Of a stretch of DNA of 64,000 nt, positions 19,758 through 29,781 are shown one piece after another; within the stretch, counting starts at the first letter, position 1, and every line of letters starts with the position of its first letter. The notes under the pieces were generated by a model. It was not told where the DNA came from, did no database searches, and worked only from the letters and a program-made list of their open reading frames with translations. The DNA comes from Paracoccaceae bacterium (GTDB taxonomy: Bacteria; Pseudomonadota; Alphaproteobacteria; Rhodobacterales; Rhodobacteraceae), in NCBI GenBank assembly GCA_049291415.1, contig JBATPI010000184.1, forward strand, positions 1,307 through 65,306, read 5' to 3'. The position numbers and the translations under genes are program-made.

Positions 19758-20842
19758 GGATCTATCCGGCTAACGCCACCGTCATCGGCGACGGCAAAGC
19801 TATGCCCGCGGTCACCCAGACTGTCAAACAGTGCGGCTTCGGTTCCGGTCATCAACGCCTGCGCACCCAAGGCACAGATCTCATCATACAGCGCCGCGCG
19901 GCGATCAGCATCCAGATGCGCCGCCACCTCATCCAGCAAAAGGACCGGCGCGCGGCCCAGTTCCGCAGCCAATGCCCGCGCATTGGCCAGAATCAGACTG
20001 ATCAACAGCGCCTTCTGCTCTCCGGTAGAACAGTGTTCGGCAGGCACCGACTTTGCCGAATAAACTGCCGCCAGATCCGTACGGTGCGGCCCGGTCAATG
20101 TGCGCCCAGCCGCCATATCGCGCCGCCGCCCCTCGGCCAACGCCAGCGCCAGGTCAGCAGGATTGCCTTCGGGATAGATCAGCGCCAGTTCGGACTTCGG
20201 AAAACTGCTGTCCACCCCGGCCTGCGCCTTGGCAATCCGGCCCAGTGCCGCCATGCGGTTCGCGGTGATCAGTTGCGCCGCCTCGGCCATCCTGCCCTCA
20301 AGTGCGGCATACCAATGGGCATCCTGCACCTGATCTTTCAGCAGGCGGTTGCGGTCACGCATGGCCTTCTCATAGGAAAGCACGGCCTCGGCATGGTCGG
20401 GACTGAACGACAGCGTCATCCGGTCAACAAAGCGGCGACGGCCCTCGGCCGCCTCTATCCACAGACGATCCATCGCCGGAATCAGCCAGAGAATCCGCAG
20501 GATCCGCCCCAGCGACACCTGCGTCGCGGCCTTGCCATCAATCCGGGTTTGCCGGGGATCTGCTCCTTCAGCCCGGGTCTCCAGCAGATGCTCGCCACCC
20601 AAACCAACCACCTGCGCGGATATCTTCCAACCGATCGCCTCGGGCTTGCGCGCAAGATCCTCAGCCGCCGCACGTCGCATGCCGCGGCCGGGCGACAACA
20701 ATGAGATTGCCTCAAGGATATTGGTCTTGCCCGCGCCATTCGGCCCGATGATCGCCACTGGTCGTCCGTCAAAGGCCAGATGGGTGGCGCGATGACTGCG
20801 AAAATGGGACAGCGTCAGCGCGGTGATGGCCAGACCGCTCAC
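19754..20842 (-). CDS. recF: DNA replication/repair protein RecF
   Basis: Carries L-T-L-S-H-F-R-S and Walker A GPNGAGKTN, with signature-like ..STGEQKALLISL.. and LLLDEV. The start is probably the GTG at 20842, preceded by AGGGGAGAGAGG. The track ATG at 20860 is the alternative. Confidence 0.9.
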   Translation of the reverse strand: MSGLAITALTLSHFRSHRATHLAFDGRPVAIIGPNGAGKTNILEAISLLSPGRGMRRAAAEDLARKPEAIGWKISAQVVGLGGEHLLETRAEGADPRQTRIDGKAATQVSLGRILRILWLIPAMDRLWIEAAEGRRRFVDRMTLSFSPDHAEAVLSYEKAMRDRNRLLKDQVQDAHWYAALEGRMAEAAQLITANRMAALGRIAKAQAGVDSSFPKSELALIYPEGNPADLALALAEGRRRDMAAGRTLTGPHRTDLAAVYSAKSVPAEHCSTGEQKALLISLILANARALAAELGRAPVLLLDEVAAHLDADRRAALYDEICALGAQALMTGTEAALFDSLGDRGHSFAVADDGGVSRIDP

Positions 20843-20884
20843 GCCTCTCTCCCCTTTCATCTTGGTAAAAATATCCTGGGGGGT

Positions 20885-20904
20885 CCGGGGGGCTAGCCCC
20901 CCGG
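20885..20904. terminator. Perfect 20-bp GC-rich palindrome CCGGGGGGCTAGCCCCCCGG in the dnaN-recF intergenic region
   Basis: Seen directly, 10 nt downstream of the dnaN stop. No adjacent U-tract. It could be an attenuator or RNA-processing hairpin. Confidence 0.4.
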
Positions 20905-20913
20905 CCTGCCGGC

Positions 20914-22032
20914 TCAGACCCGCATCGGCATGACAACATAGACCGCGCTGGTATCATTGCCTTCGCGCATCAATGTCGGATCACCCGAAGAGTTGAACAG
21001 GAACACCGCATTCTCACGGTCCACCTGACTGGCGATTTCCAACAGATATTTGGCGTTGAAGCCGATCTCCAGCCGCTCATCCGAATAGGCCACGGCCAAT
21101 TCTTCTTCGGCGGCTCCACTGTCAGGCGCATTCACCGAAAGGACCAGCCGGTCTTCATCCAACGACAATTTGACCGCCCGAGACCGCTCGGACGACACGG
21201 TGGCCACGCGGTCCACCGCCTTGGCAAACTCGCTGGCGTCCACCTCCATCCGGCGGGTGTTGCCGGTGGGGATAACGCGGGTGTAGTCGGGGAAGGTGCC
21301 ATCGATGACCTTTGAGGTCAGCACAATCGCCGGTGTCGCAAAGCGGATCTTGGTTTCCGACACCGAGACCGCAATCTGTGCGTCATCATCGTCCAGCAGC
21401 TTGCGCAGTTCATTCACCGTCTTGCGCGGCACGATCACGCCGGGCATCGCGCTGGCATCGGCGGGCAGAGGCGCATCAATCCGCGCCAGACGGTGGCCAT
21501 CGGTCGCCACACAGCGCAGCACCTGACCATCTTCGCCGGTCGCGACATGCAGATAGACGCCGTTCAGATAGTAGCGCGTCTCTTCGGTTGAGATGGCAAA
21601 TTTCGCCTTGTCGAACAGCCGCCGCAGCACTGGCGCGGGGGCCGAGAAATTGGTTTCGTATTCCGATGTCGCCATCACCGGGAAATCTTCTTTCGGCAGC
21701 GTCGCCAGGCTGAAGTTCGACCGTCCCGCCGTGACCGTCAACCGCCCCGAAGCCGGATCTTCGGCCAGGCTGACCAGCGCGCCATCCGGCAGCTTGCGCA
21801 CGATTTCATGCAGCATCACGGCCGAGACCGTGGTGGCCCCGCCGCGTTCGACCATCGCCGAGGCGCGGTCAACCACCTCGATATCCAGATCGGTGGCACG
21901 GAACGATACCTGCGCCCCCTCGGCCTCGATCAGCACGTTGGCCAGGATCGGAATGGTGTTGCGGCGCTCAACCACCGACTGCGCCTGAGCCAGCGCTTTC
22001 AGCAGCGTGCCACGTTCGATCGAAAGTTTCAT
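20914..22032 (-). CDS. dnaN: DNA polymerase III beta sliding clamp
   Basis: Start set at ATG 22032 (MKLSIERGTLLKALAQAQSVVERRNTIPILANVLIEA..). 372 aa, ending ..YVVMPMRV. Confidence 0.95.
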   Translation of the reverse strand: MKLSIERGTLLKALAQAQSVVERRNTIPILANVLIEAEGAQVSFRATDLDIEVVDRASAMVERGGATTVSAVMLHEIVRKLPDGALVSLAEDPASGRLTVTAGRSNFSLATLPKEDFPVMATSEYETNFSAPAPVLRRLFDKAKFAISTEETRYYLNGVYLHVATGEDGQVLRCVATDGHRLARIDAPLPADASAMPGVIVPRKTVNELRKLLDDDDAQIAVSVSETKIRFATPAIVLTSKVIDGTFPDYTRVIPTGNTRRMEVDASEFAKAVDRVATVSSERSRAVKLSLDEDRLVLSVNAPDSGAAEEELAVAYSDERLEIGFNAKYLLEIASQVDRENAVFLFNSSGDPTLMREGNDTSAVYVVMPMRV

Positions 22033-22151
22033 CGGTCTTCCCCCTGCCGGATCCCAAAGTTGGGACGCCGACATTACCCGGCTTTCACCGGTTCACAAGC
22101 GTTTCCGCGCGACTTTGGGTGTGTTTTCGGGGGCCGTCAAGGCCACCCGGC

Positions 22152-23504
22152 CTAGCTTTGCAGCAGCCGCTTCAATAGTTGCAAATCATCTGCAAGCTGG
22201 CTGTCCGCGGCCATCAGTTCTTCGATCTTGCGCACGCCATGCATGATGGTGGTGTGATCGCGTCCGCCAAAACGGCGCCCAATCTCGGGCAGTGACCGCG
22301 GCGTCAGCTGTTTGGCCAGATACATCGCCACCTGTCGCGGCCGTGCAATCGTGCGCAACCGCTTGGGTCCGATCATGTCGGCCAGACGGATGTTGTAATG
22401 CTCGGCCACCTTGCGCTGGATTTCCTCGATGGTCAGCTTGCGATCGCTGGCGCGCAGAATGTCGGCCAGGCAGTCCTGCGCCAGATCCAGCGTGATTTCG
22501 CGGCCCACCAGCGATGCAAAGGCGAACAACCGGGTCAACGCGCCTTCCAGAACGCGGACATTGGTGGTGATGCGGTGCGCCAGAAATTCCAGCACGCCGG
22601 GAGCAATATCCAGCCCCTTGTACTGGTTGCGATAAAAATCGACCTTTTGTTGCAGGATACCTAGCCGCAATTCGTAATCGGTGGGGTGCAGGTCAACGAC
22701 CAGTCCGCATTGCAGCCGCGACTTGATCCGGTCTTCCAGATCCTTGATCTCGCCCGGGGCGCGATCCGCCGAAATGATGATCTGTTTGTTCTGATCAACC
22801 AGCGCGTTGAAGGTGTGGAAGAATTCTTCCTGCGTGCTGTCCTTGCCCGCGATGAATTGCACGTCATCCACCATCAGAACATCGACAGAGCGGAACAGCG
22901 ATTTGAAATCCATGATCTGCTTGTCGCGCAGCGCCTGCACAAAGCGGTACATGAACTGCTCGGCCGACAGATACAGCACCCGCAGATCGGGGCGCTGCTG
23001 CTGTAATTCATGTGCAATCGCGTGCATCAGGTGGGTCTTGCCCAGACCCACGCCGCCATAGAGGAACAGCGGGTTGAACGTCACCGGCCCGCCCTCGGCC
23101 ACGCGGCGCGCTGCAGCATGGGCCAGTTCGTTCGGCTTGCCCACCACAAAGCTGTCAAAGGTGAACCGCGCATCCAGAGGTGCGCCCGGCAATTCGTCGT
23201 CCTGACCCACACGAGGGCGCACTGGGCGCGCGGCGGGCTTTGCAACTGCGGCACCGGCCTTGGGCGCCACCACGGCGAATTCGATCCGGCTGACGTCTGC
23301 CCCGGCAGTCACCAGATGGGTGCGGATCTGATCCGCATAATTCCGCTGAACCCAGTCACCAAAGAAAGAGGTTGGAACCTCAAAATGCGCCACCCCGTTT
23401 TTCACGCGCACCATCCGCAATGGCTCGATCCAGGTCGAGTAATTGTTCTTTCCGACGCGCTGCATCAGCGCTTCGCGGACCTGTCCCCAAGTTTCGTTCG
23501 TCAT
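22152..23504 (-). CDS. dnaA: Chromosomal replication initiator DnaA
   Basis: Start set at ATG 23504 (MTNETWGQVREALMQRVGKNNYSTWIEPL). Walker A GGVGLGKTHLMHA, box VII, and C-terminal DNA-binding ..GGRDHTTIMHGVRKI. Confidence 0.97.
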   Translation of the reverse strand: MTNETWGQVREALMQRVGKNNYSTWIEPLRMVRVKNGVAHFEVPTSFFGDWVQRNYADQIRTHLVTAGADVSRIEFAVVAPKAGAAVAKPAARPVRPRVGQDDELPGAPLDARFTFDSFVVGKPNELAHAAARRVAEGGPVTFNPLFLYGGVGLGKTHLMHAIAHELQQQRPDLRVLYLSAEQFMYRFVQALRDKQIMDFKSLFRSVDVLMVDDVQFIAGKDSTQEEFFHTFNALVDQNKQIIISADRAPGEIKDLEDRIKSRLQCGLVVDLHPTDYELRLGILQQKVDFYRNQYKGLDIAPGVLEFLAHRITTNVRVLEGALTRLFAFASLVGREITLDLAQDCLADILRASDRKLTIEEIQRKVAEHYNIRLADMIGPKRLRTIARPRQVAMYLAKQLTPRSLPEIGRRFGGRDHTTIMHGVRKIEELMAADSQLADDLQLLKRLLQS

Positions 23505-23957
23505 CTCTGCTCGACCCACATGTATTCCCCTCACGGCAGCGCCGGGGAATTCCCTGAAAAAACCCACGACTCACCTAAACCGCAAGGCAAAGCCGATGCC
23601 GAAACAGGGCAGCGGCTGTTGGTCCTGGTCTTTTCGGGACAGCAAAGGTCAAATCAGCGATCAGAGATCACATGAATAAACCTTTGATCCGCACTGCCAA
23701 AAGCGGCATTGCGTCTATTGTTCGCAAACAAAAATCGCTGTTCTAAGGGCTGGCAGCCCGTCACTCTTATGCAGCGCGATTTCGGTTTGCGACCACCATT
23801 TGTCCCCCAAGACGAAGTGAATCGCAGGGTGACGCTAGCCCGCCCGTCGTGGGCACTGCAACCGAACATCTCGCTTGACAGAGATTCAGTTGCAGCGAAT
23901 CCGCAAGGCCTGTGCAAAAGGGCAACGCCGCTGTTTCAGGGCGATGTTCCGCCCGTA

Positions 23958-23999
23958 GAAAAAGCAAAAGGGGGCGCAACCTTTGATGGTTGCACCCCC
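23958..23999 (-). terminator. Rho-independent terminator of rpsT
   Basis: On the minus strand it reads GGGGGUGCAACC-loop-GGUUGCGCCCCC (one G.U pair), followed by UUUUGCUUUUUC. It begins 26 nt after the rpsT stop. Confidence 0.75.
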
Positions 24000-24024
24000 T
24001 TGAAAACGAATAGAAATTTTTCGA

Positions 24025-24297
24025 TCAGGCCTTGACTGCCAGCGCTTTGACGCGCGACGACAGGCGCGACATTTTGCGCGCGACGGTGTTCTTGTGCAAC
24101 ACGCCTTTGGTGATCCCGCGGGCCAGTTCGGGCTGGGCGGTTTTCAGCGCGGCAGCTGCCACGGTCTGGTCGCCCGAGGCGATGGCCTCTTCGACCTTGC
24201 GCAGAAAAGTGCGGATGCGCGAGCGGCGGGCTTTGTTGATGTCGTGGCGCGCATCAGACTGACGGGCGCGTTTCTTGGACTGGGCGTTGTTTGCCAT
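24025..24297 (-). CDS. rpsT: 30S ribosomal protein S20
   Basis: 90 aa: [39 protein letters not shown].. SD AAGGAAG lies 8 nt upstream. Confidence 0.95.
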   Translation of the reverse strand: MANNAQSKKRARQSDARHDINKARRSRIRTFLRKVEEAIASGDQTVAAAALKTAQPELARGITKGVLHKNTVARKMSRLSSRVKALAVKA

Positions 24298-24311
24298 GGG
24301 CTGATCTTCCT

Positions 24312-24347
24312 TGCGGTCTTTTCAATGTCTTCGCACGAAAGACCGCA
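24312..24347 (-). promoter_or_regulatory. Stem-loop in the rpsT 5' leader, abutting the Shine-Dalgarno sequence
   Basis: 10-bp arms TGCGGTCTTT / AAAGACCGCA (plus-strand notation). S20 autoregulates its own translation in E. coli. A function here is only inferred. Confidence 0.3.
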
Positions 24348-24444
24348 GCCCCACCAGAAGGAGGGGTTCGATTCTTGCCTAAGCGGGCCCACGCGCATGT
24401 AAGCCGAGCCTTTAGGCCATCGCGCGCAGAAAGGGAACAGGGAA

Positions 24445-25221
24445 TCAGCGGTCGCGGAACTGCGGCTGACGCTTTTCCAGAAATGCGGCCATACCTTCTT
24501 TCTGGTCTTCGGTGGCAAAGGCCGCGTGGAACAGCCTGCGTTCATGCAGCAGCCCTTCGGCCAACGTGGTTTCCAGCGACCGATTCACGGCCTCTTTTAC
24601 CAGCATTGCGGTGATCATCGACTTTTCGGCGATTCTGGTGGCGATCTTCAGCGTTTCCTCGATCAGCGACTTGGCTGGAAAAACCCGTGACACCAGACCG
24701 CAACGCTCGGCCTCGCCGGCCTCCATGAACCGCCCGGTCAGGTGCATGTCCATCGACTTTGCCTTGCCGACCAGTTTGGTGAGTCGCTGCGTGCCGCCCA
24801 TTCCGGCGGGAATCCCCAGGTTGATTTCCGGCTGACCGAACTTGACCGTATCCGACGCGATGATGAAATCGCACATCATGGCCAGCTCACATCCACCGCC
24901 CAGGCAATAGCCGGAAACCGCCGCGATCAACGGTTTGCGGACGCGGGCGATGGCTTCGGTCTCGCGGCCGAAAAGGTTATTGAAGAACACGTCAGAAAAG
25001 GATTTCTCTGCCATTTCACGTACATCCGCGCCGGCAGCGAATGACTTTTCCGACCCGGCCAGCACGATGCAGCGGATCTTGTCATTGGCATCGGCGGCGG
25101 TCACCGCCTCGGCCAGTTCCCGCATCAAGGTGGTGTTCAGCGCGTTCAGCGCGTCAGGCCGGTTCAGGCGGATGAGGGCGGTATAGTCCTCAATCTCGAC
25201 GATCAGAGTTTCGTAGGCCAT
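24445..25221 (-). CDS. Enoyl-CoA hydratase/isomerase (crotonase) family protein
   Basis: Start set at ATG 25221 (MAYETLIVEIEDYTALIRLNRPDALNALN). 258 aa with oxyanion-hole region ..SFAAGADV.. and ..GYCLGGGCELAMMCD.. Confidence 0.9.
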   Translation of the reverse strand: MAYETLIVEIEDYTALIRLNRPDALNALNTTLMRELAEAVTAADANDKIRCIVLAGSEKSFAAGADVREMAEKSFSDVFFNNLFGRETEAIARVRKPLIAAVSGYCLGGGCELAMMCDFIIASDTVKFGQPEINLGIPAGMGGTQRLTKLVGKAKSMDMHLTGRFMEAGEAERCGLVSRVFPAKSLIEETLKIATRIAEKSMITAMLVKEAVNRSLETTLAEGLLHERRLFHAAFATEDQKEGMAAFLEKRQPQFRDR

Positions 25222-25282
25222 GGCTGGCTCCACCTGTTGCACGTTGCGGCGGACTCCTACCAGCGTGGTGCAGGAAGGCAAG

Positions 25283-26134
25283 TCATCGCTGACATCGCGG
25301 ACAGAAGAAGCTGGACCGTCCCGATTGCACGATCCGGCCGATAGTGCCGGTGCAGCCAGCTGTGGTGCAGGGCTGCCCCTCGCGGTCATAGACGCGGAAG
25401 GTGTGCTGGAAATAGCCTAACTCACCGCTGGTCTGGCGATGGTCGCGCAAGGAGGATCCGCCCGCCTCGATCGCCTCGGCCAGCACATCGCGGATGATCG
25501 GCACCAAGCCTGAGACGCGCTTGGCCGGCAGATCGCCCGCCAGACGGCTGGGCGCGATGCCGGCGCGGAACAACACTTCGCAGACGTAGATATTGCCCAG
25601 ACCGGCCACCAGATGCTGATCCAGCAGGGCTGACTTGATCGGCGTGCGGCGGCCTTTCAGCGCGGCGGTCAGGTAGCTGTCGTCAAAGGCATTGCCCAAC
25701 GGTTCTGGTCCCAGCCTGGCCAGCAGCGGATGCGTCTCGGCGCTGGCGGTTGCCATCAGGTCCATCGCCCCGAACCGTCGCGCATCGTTAAAGGTGATGC
25801 GGGCGCCGTCTTCCATCGTCAGAACGACGTGGTCATGCTTTTGCGGCGCGGGGTGGTCGTGGTGAAATTCGCCCAGCATGGTGCCTGACACCAGCATTCG
25901 GCCCGACATGCCCAGATGGATCAGCAGCGTTTCACCCGAGTCCAGATCGGCCAGGATGTATTTCGACCGTCGCCGCAGCGCCAGAACCCGCTGCCCGGTC
26001 AGCCGTTGGGCCATTTGCGACGGCAAGGGCCAGCGCAGATCTGGACGGTTCACCTGAGCCTGCGTGATCACGTGGCCTTCCATCACAGGAAGAAGTCCAC
26101 GGCGGACGGTTTCCACCTCGGGCAGTTCGGGCAT
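25283..26134 (-). CDS. mutM: Formamidopyrimidine-DNA glycosylase
   Basis: 283 aa. N-terminal [15 protein letters not shown]2TH region, and C-terminal zinc finger C..C..(FFCPRCQ). Confidence 0.95.
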   Translation of the reverse strand: MPELPEVETVRRGLLPVMEGHVITQAQVNRPDLRWPLPSQMAQRLTGQRVLALRRRSKYILADLDSGETLLIHLGMSGRMLVSGTMLGEFHHDHPAPQKHDHVVLTMEDGARITFNDARRFGAMDLMATASAETHPLLARLGPEPLGNAFDDSYLTAALKGRRTPIKSALLDQHLVAGLGNIYVCEVLFRAGIAPSRLAGDLPAKRVSGLVPIIRDVLAEAIEAGGSSLRDHRQTSGELGYFQHTFRVYDREGQPCTTAGCTGTIGRIVQSGRSSFFCPRCQR

Positions 26135-26710
26135 TTAATCCTCACGCATGGCCAGTGCGGCCCTCTCCCTCAGGGTCGAGTAGCCGACGATATACTTATG
26201 CGCCTGAATGACTGTCCCGTCACGAAAATGAAAGTCTACAAACCAGCCCATCCGATCAACCGCCGCGTCCAGATCCCGCCACTTGTGGGTCTTGCGGCCA
26301 AACCACCAGCGTGGCAGCGTGATCGTGTCGTGATCATAGCTGATTTCATACAGCGTGGTGTGGATAGCCAGATACAGCACGAAGGCCAGAAACGGCATCA
26401 GCCCGGCTGTCTGCAGCGATAGCCAGATCAGCCCCGCCGTTAGCGCCCAAAACAACAATTTCAAACCGAATGTGGCCCGCAACCGCAGTGTCCCCAGTGT
26501 TTCAGGAACGCGGGCGCGGTGCCCCAACAAGGCGATCAGCCGCCAGTTCGCGTCCGGCAGATGCAACTGGTCAAATACCCCCGGCACCAGCCCTGGCGCC
26601 GTCCGCTTGTGCAAGAAGGCAGCCAGAACCAAGCCCAACACAAAGACGCCGACCATGGCAAGCACGACCCATGCTGTTGTGGCCAGGACCGAAGTTATCT
26701 CGCTTTGCAT
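26135..26710 (-). CDS. Hypothetical membrane protein (3 predicted TM segments plus a soluble C-terminal domain)
   Basis: Start set at ATG 26710 ([32 protein letters not shown]..). Its stop is directly adjacent to the mutM start. No family was recognised. Confidence 0.5.
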   Translation of the reverse strand: MQSEITSVLATTAWVVLAMVGVFVLGLVLAAFLHKRTAPGLVPGVFDQLHLPDANWRLIALLGHRARVPETLGTLRLRATFGLKLLFWALTAGLIWLSLQTAGLMPFLAFVLYLAIHTTLYEISYDHDTITLPRWWFGRKTHKWRDLDAAVDRMGWFVDFHFRDGTVIQAHKYIVGYSTLRERAALAMRED

Positions 26711-26823
26711 CCGGCGGGCTCCTTTGCCGATGCGCCGCAGCGATGCGGCAGATTGCGGTTTCCCTTGTCGCTTGTGCAACGCTATACCCACGGCTGATGG
26801 CAATTTTCGGGCGAAGACCGGAC

Positions 26824-27576
26824 ATGACCGACGGCACAGACAAAACCACGCATTTCGGCTATCGCGATGTGCCAGAGGCCGAAAAGGCCAGCATGGTGCA
26901 TAGCGTGTTTTCGCGCGTGGCCAGCAAATACGACATCATGAATGACCTGATGTCGGGCGGCGTCCATCGGCTGTGGAAAGACGCGATGATGGATTGGCTG
27001 GCGCCCCGGTCCGGCCAACGCCTGCTGGACGTGGCGGGGGGCACCGGTGATGTGGCGTTTCGATTCTTGAAGCGCGCGCCCGGGGCTTCGGCCGTGGTTT
27101 GCGATATGACCGAACCGATGCTGATCGCCGGTCGCAAGCGCGCTGATGCCGAAAAGATGGCCGACCGGCTGGATTGGGTGGTCGGCGATGCGATGGCCCT
27201 GCCGTTTGAGTCAAACTCGTTCGACGTTTACACAATCAGTTTCGGCATCCGCAACGTCACCCGTATTGGTGACGCCTTGGCCGAGGCCTACCGCGTCTTG
27301 CGCCCCGGCGGGCGTCTGATGGTGTTGGAATTCAGCCAGATCCCGAATGACCTGATGCAAAAGGCGTATGATCTGTATTCGTTCAACGTCATCCCGGTTC
27401 TTGGGCAGATCGTGGCGGGGGATCGTGACAGCTATCAGTATCTGGTCGAATCCATCCGAAAATTCCCCGATCAAGAGCGCTTTGCTGCAATGATCGGTGA
27501 CGTAGGCTTTGGACAGGTGAAATACCGCAATCTGTCGATGGGCATCGCCGCTCTGCACTCAGGCTGGAAGATCTAG
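26824..27576 (+). CDS. ubiE: Ubiquinone/menaquinone biosynthesis C-methyltransferase UbiE
   Basis: Starts at ATG 26824. Carries [44 protein letters not shown] and the SAM motif [10 protein letters not shown]. 250 aa. Confidence 0.9.
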   Translation: MTDGTDKTTHFGYRDVPEAEKASMVHSVFSRVASKYDIMNDLMSGGVHRLWKDAMMDWLAPRSGQRLLDVAGGTGDVAFRFLKRAPGASAVVCDMTEPMLIAGRKRADAEKMADRLDWVVGDAMALPFESNSFDVYTISFGIRNVTRIGDALAEAYRVLRPGGRLMVLEFSQIPNDLMQKAYDLYSFNVIPVLGQIVAGDRDSYQYLVESIRKFPDQERFAAMIGDVGFGQVKYRNLSMGIAALHSGWKI

Positions 27577-29109
27577 GTGCGCGGGCCGCACAATATCTGG
27601 CGGCTGATCCGCACGCTGGCCACGCTGGAACGGACCGGTGCCATCGTTCAGGTGCTGGAGGCGTTTCAGGCGCCGCCCCGCATCCGGGTCGCGGCGCGGA
27701 TTCTGGGTTGGCCGTTCAAGGCGCTGGGCCTGCGCGGCGACCCCGGCCTGCCACCGCTGACCCGGGCGCTGACTGCGTTGGGCCCGGCCTATATCAAGTT
27801 TGGTCAGGTGCTGTCGACGCGCCCTGATATTGTCGGTGATGAGCTGTCTACTCAGCTGAAATACCTGCAGGATCAACTGCCGCCCTTTGCGACCGAAATT
27901 GCGAAAGCGATGGTTGCGGCGGAACTGCAGGTCAGCGTTGATTCGGTGTTCTCGTCGTTTTCCGAACCCGTTGCTGCCGCCTCGATCGCGCAGGTGCATA
28001 GGGCGCAACTGGCCGAAACCGGGCAGGACGTGGCCGTCAAGGTGCTGCGCCCCAACATCGAACGCGCCTTTCGCCGTGACATCGACGCCTTTTATCTGGC
28101 TGCCCGCTGGATCGAGATTTTGGCCCCCTTTTCGCGCCGTCTGCGCCCGGTTGATGTGATCACCCATTTCGAAGGCGTGGTCATGGGAGAGTTGGACCTG
28201 CGACTGGAGTGCTCTGCCGCGTCCGAATTTGCCGACAATACCGCCAAGGACGAAGGCTTGTTTGTGCCAAAGCCGTTCTGGCACCTGTCTGGTCGCAGCG
28301 TGATGACGATCGGCTGGGCCGAAGGCATCGGGATGAATGATTTGGCGCAGATGGACGCGCTGGGCATTGACCGCACCGTGCTGGCGTCACGGGTTCTGAC
28401 CCTGTTTCTGAACCATGCGTTGCGCGACGGGTTATTTCATGCCGACATGCATCAGGGCAATCTGAAGGTGGCGGCCAATGGTGACCTGATCGTCTATGAT
28501 TTCGGCATCATGGGGCGGATCGACGAATACACCCGCCGCGTCTATGCCGAGATCCTGTTCGGTTTTATCCGCAAGGATTATCGCCGCGTCGCCGAGGTGC
28601 ATTTCGAGGCAGGCTATGTGCGCCCCGAGCATGACATAGATGAGTTTGCCCGCGCCTTGCGCGCGGTTGGCGAGCCTATTTTCGGCATGGATGCCAGCCG
28701 GATCTCAATGGCGCGGCTACTGTCCTATCTGTTCGAAGTGACCGAACGCTTTGGCATGGAAACCCGGACCGAATTGATCTTGTTGCAGCGCACCATGGTG
28801 GTGGTCGAAGGCGTGGCGCGCAGTCTGGACCCGAAAATGAATATTTGGCAGGCCGCCCGACCCGTTGTCGAAAGCTATGTGCGCAGCCATCTGGGCCCGC
28901 GGGCCGTTCTGCGCGATCTGGCCCAGACGGCGCGGGTTCTGGCGCGGTTTGGCCCCAAGCTGCCCGCGATGGTTGAGGCGCAATTGATCCGTGCCGGCAA
29001 CCCTGTGTCGCCGACAAATCCAGCGCGCAGTATGGGCGCACGGCTTTGGCCAGCGGTGGCGGTCGCGCTGGCGTTGGCGCTGGGCATCTGGTTGGGGCGG
29101 CTGATCTGA
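27577..29109 (+). CDS. ubiB: Ubiquinone biosynthesis regulatory protein kinase UbiB (ABC1/ADCK family)
   Basis: 510 aa with a GTG start directly after the ubiE stop. Carries LGPAYIKFGQVLSTRPD, ASIAQVHRA, VAVKVLRP, HADMHQGNL and a C-terminal TM segment. Confidence 0.9.
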   Translation: MRGPHNIWRLIRTLATLERTGAIVQVLEAFQAPPRIRVAARILGWPFKALGLRGDPGLPPLTRALTALGPAYIKFGQVLSTRPDIVGDELSTQLKYLQDQLPPFATEIAKAMVAAELQVSVDSVFSSFSEPVAAASIAQVHRAQLAETGQDVAVKVLRPNIERAFRRDIDAFYLAARWIEILAPFSRRLRPVDVITHFEGVVMGELDLRLECSAASEFADNTAKDEGLFVPKPFWHLSGRSVMTIGWAEGIGMNDLAQMDALGIDRTVLASRVLTLFLNHALRDGLFHADMHQGNLKVAANGDLIVYDFGIMGRIDEYTRRVYAEILFGFIRKDYRRVAEVHFEAGYVRPEHDIDEFARALRAVGEPIFGMDASRISMARLLSYLFEVTERFGMETRTELILLQRTMVVVEGVARSLDPKMNIWQAARPVVESYVRSHLGPRAVLRDLAQTARVLARFGPKLPAMVEAQLIRAGNPVSPTNPARSMGARLWPAVAVALALALGIWLGRLI

Positions 29110-29114
29110 TCGGA

Positions 29115-29774
29115 TCAGTCTGGCGGCGCGCGCAGCGCAGTGATGTCATTTGCAGCTACCTCAATCCCGCCGGCCAGCACCAGCCGGACTCCGCCCGCCC
29201 CGCCCCGCGCCTCTGCCACGCGGCCGTAATACTCCACCGGATCTTCCTGCAGCACCTCTTCGTCGCGCCAGCTTTCCAATGATAGGCTGTATCTCCCTTC
29301 GGGCAGCGGATTGCCTTGGGCATCGCCGCCCAACCACTGATAAGAGGCTGATGATAATGGAAGATCTTCGCGGGACACAGTATTACCCGCAGTATCCTTG
29401 ACCACCAAAACGGCACGGTCAGCGCCGATGACCGGATTCGGAGACAACGTGACCGGCACCCCGGAATACCACACCGGAGCCGCAGCGCGGGCCTCTTGCC
29501 CCACCCAGCCTGCCAGTTGCGACATGCCCATCAGGGAAAACTGGCTGGCCATTGCATCCAACAGCTGATTGGTGCGGACTTGCTGTTCGACCCCGGAAAA
29601 GGTGGCCAACTGGACCGCGTAGTCGCTGGATTCAATCGGGTTCATCGGATCCTGGTTCTGCATCTGAACCGTCAACATTTTCAGAAACGTATTGTAATCC
29701 GAACTGTCCGAGGCCGTTGCAGCACTGAAGCTGCCCGAACTGCCTGAGACAGATGTGGTGGGTGTGATGTCCAT
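29115..29774 (-). CDS. flgD: Flagellar hook capping/assembly protein FlgD
   Basis: Start set at ATG 29774 (MDITPTTS..). Carries DYNTFLKMLTVQMQNQDPMNPIESSDYAVQLATFSGVEQ, typical of the FlgD N-domain. 219 aa. Confidence 0.85.
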   Translation of the reverse strand: MDITPTTSVSGSSGSFSAATASDSSDYNTFLKMLTVQMQNQDPMNPIESSDYAVQLATFSGVEQQVRTNQLLDAMASQFSLMGMSQLAGWVGQEARAAAPVWYSGVPVTLSPNPVIGADRAVLVVKDTAGNTVSREDLPLSSASYQWLGGDAQGNPLPEGRYSLSLESWRDEEVLQEDPVEYYGRVAEARGGAGGVRLVLAGGIEVAANDITALRAPPD

Positions 29775-29781
29775 GTTAACC

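Noticed and set aside
23505-24024. Calling the dnaA-rpsT intergenic region the chromosomal origin (oriC)
   Set aside because: It has no canonical DnaA-box cluster and no AT-rich unwinding element. In characterised alphaproteobacteria the origin is often not next to dnaA. GANTC enrichment is within chance. It is kept only as a low-confidence finding.
26711-26823. The divergent mutM-operon/ubiE intergenic region as a strand-switch point marking the origin
   Set aside because: It is only 113 bp, with no DnaA boxes and no AT-rich tract. A change in gene orientation alone is insufficient evidence.
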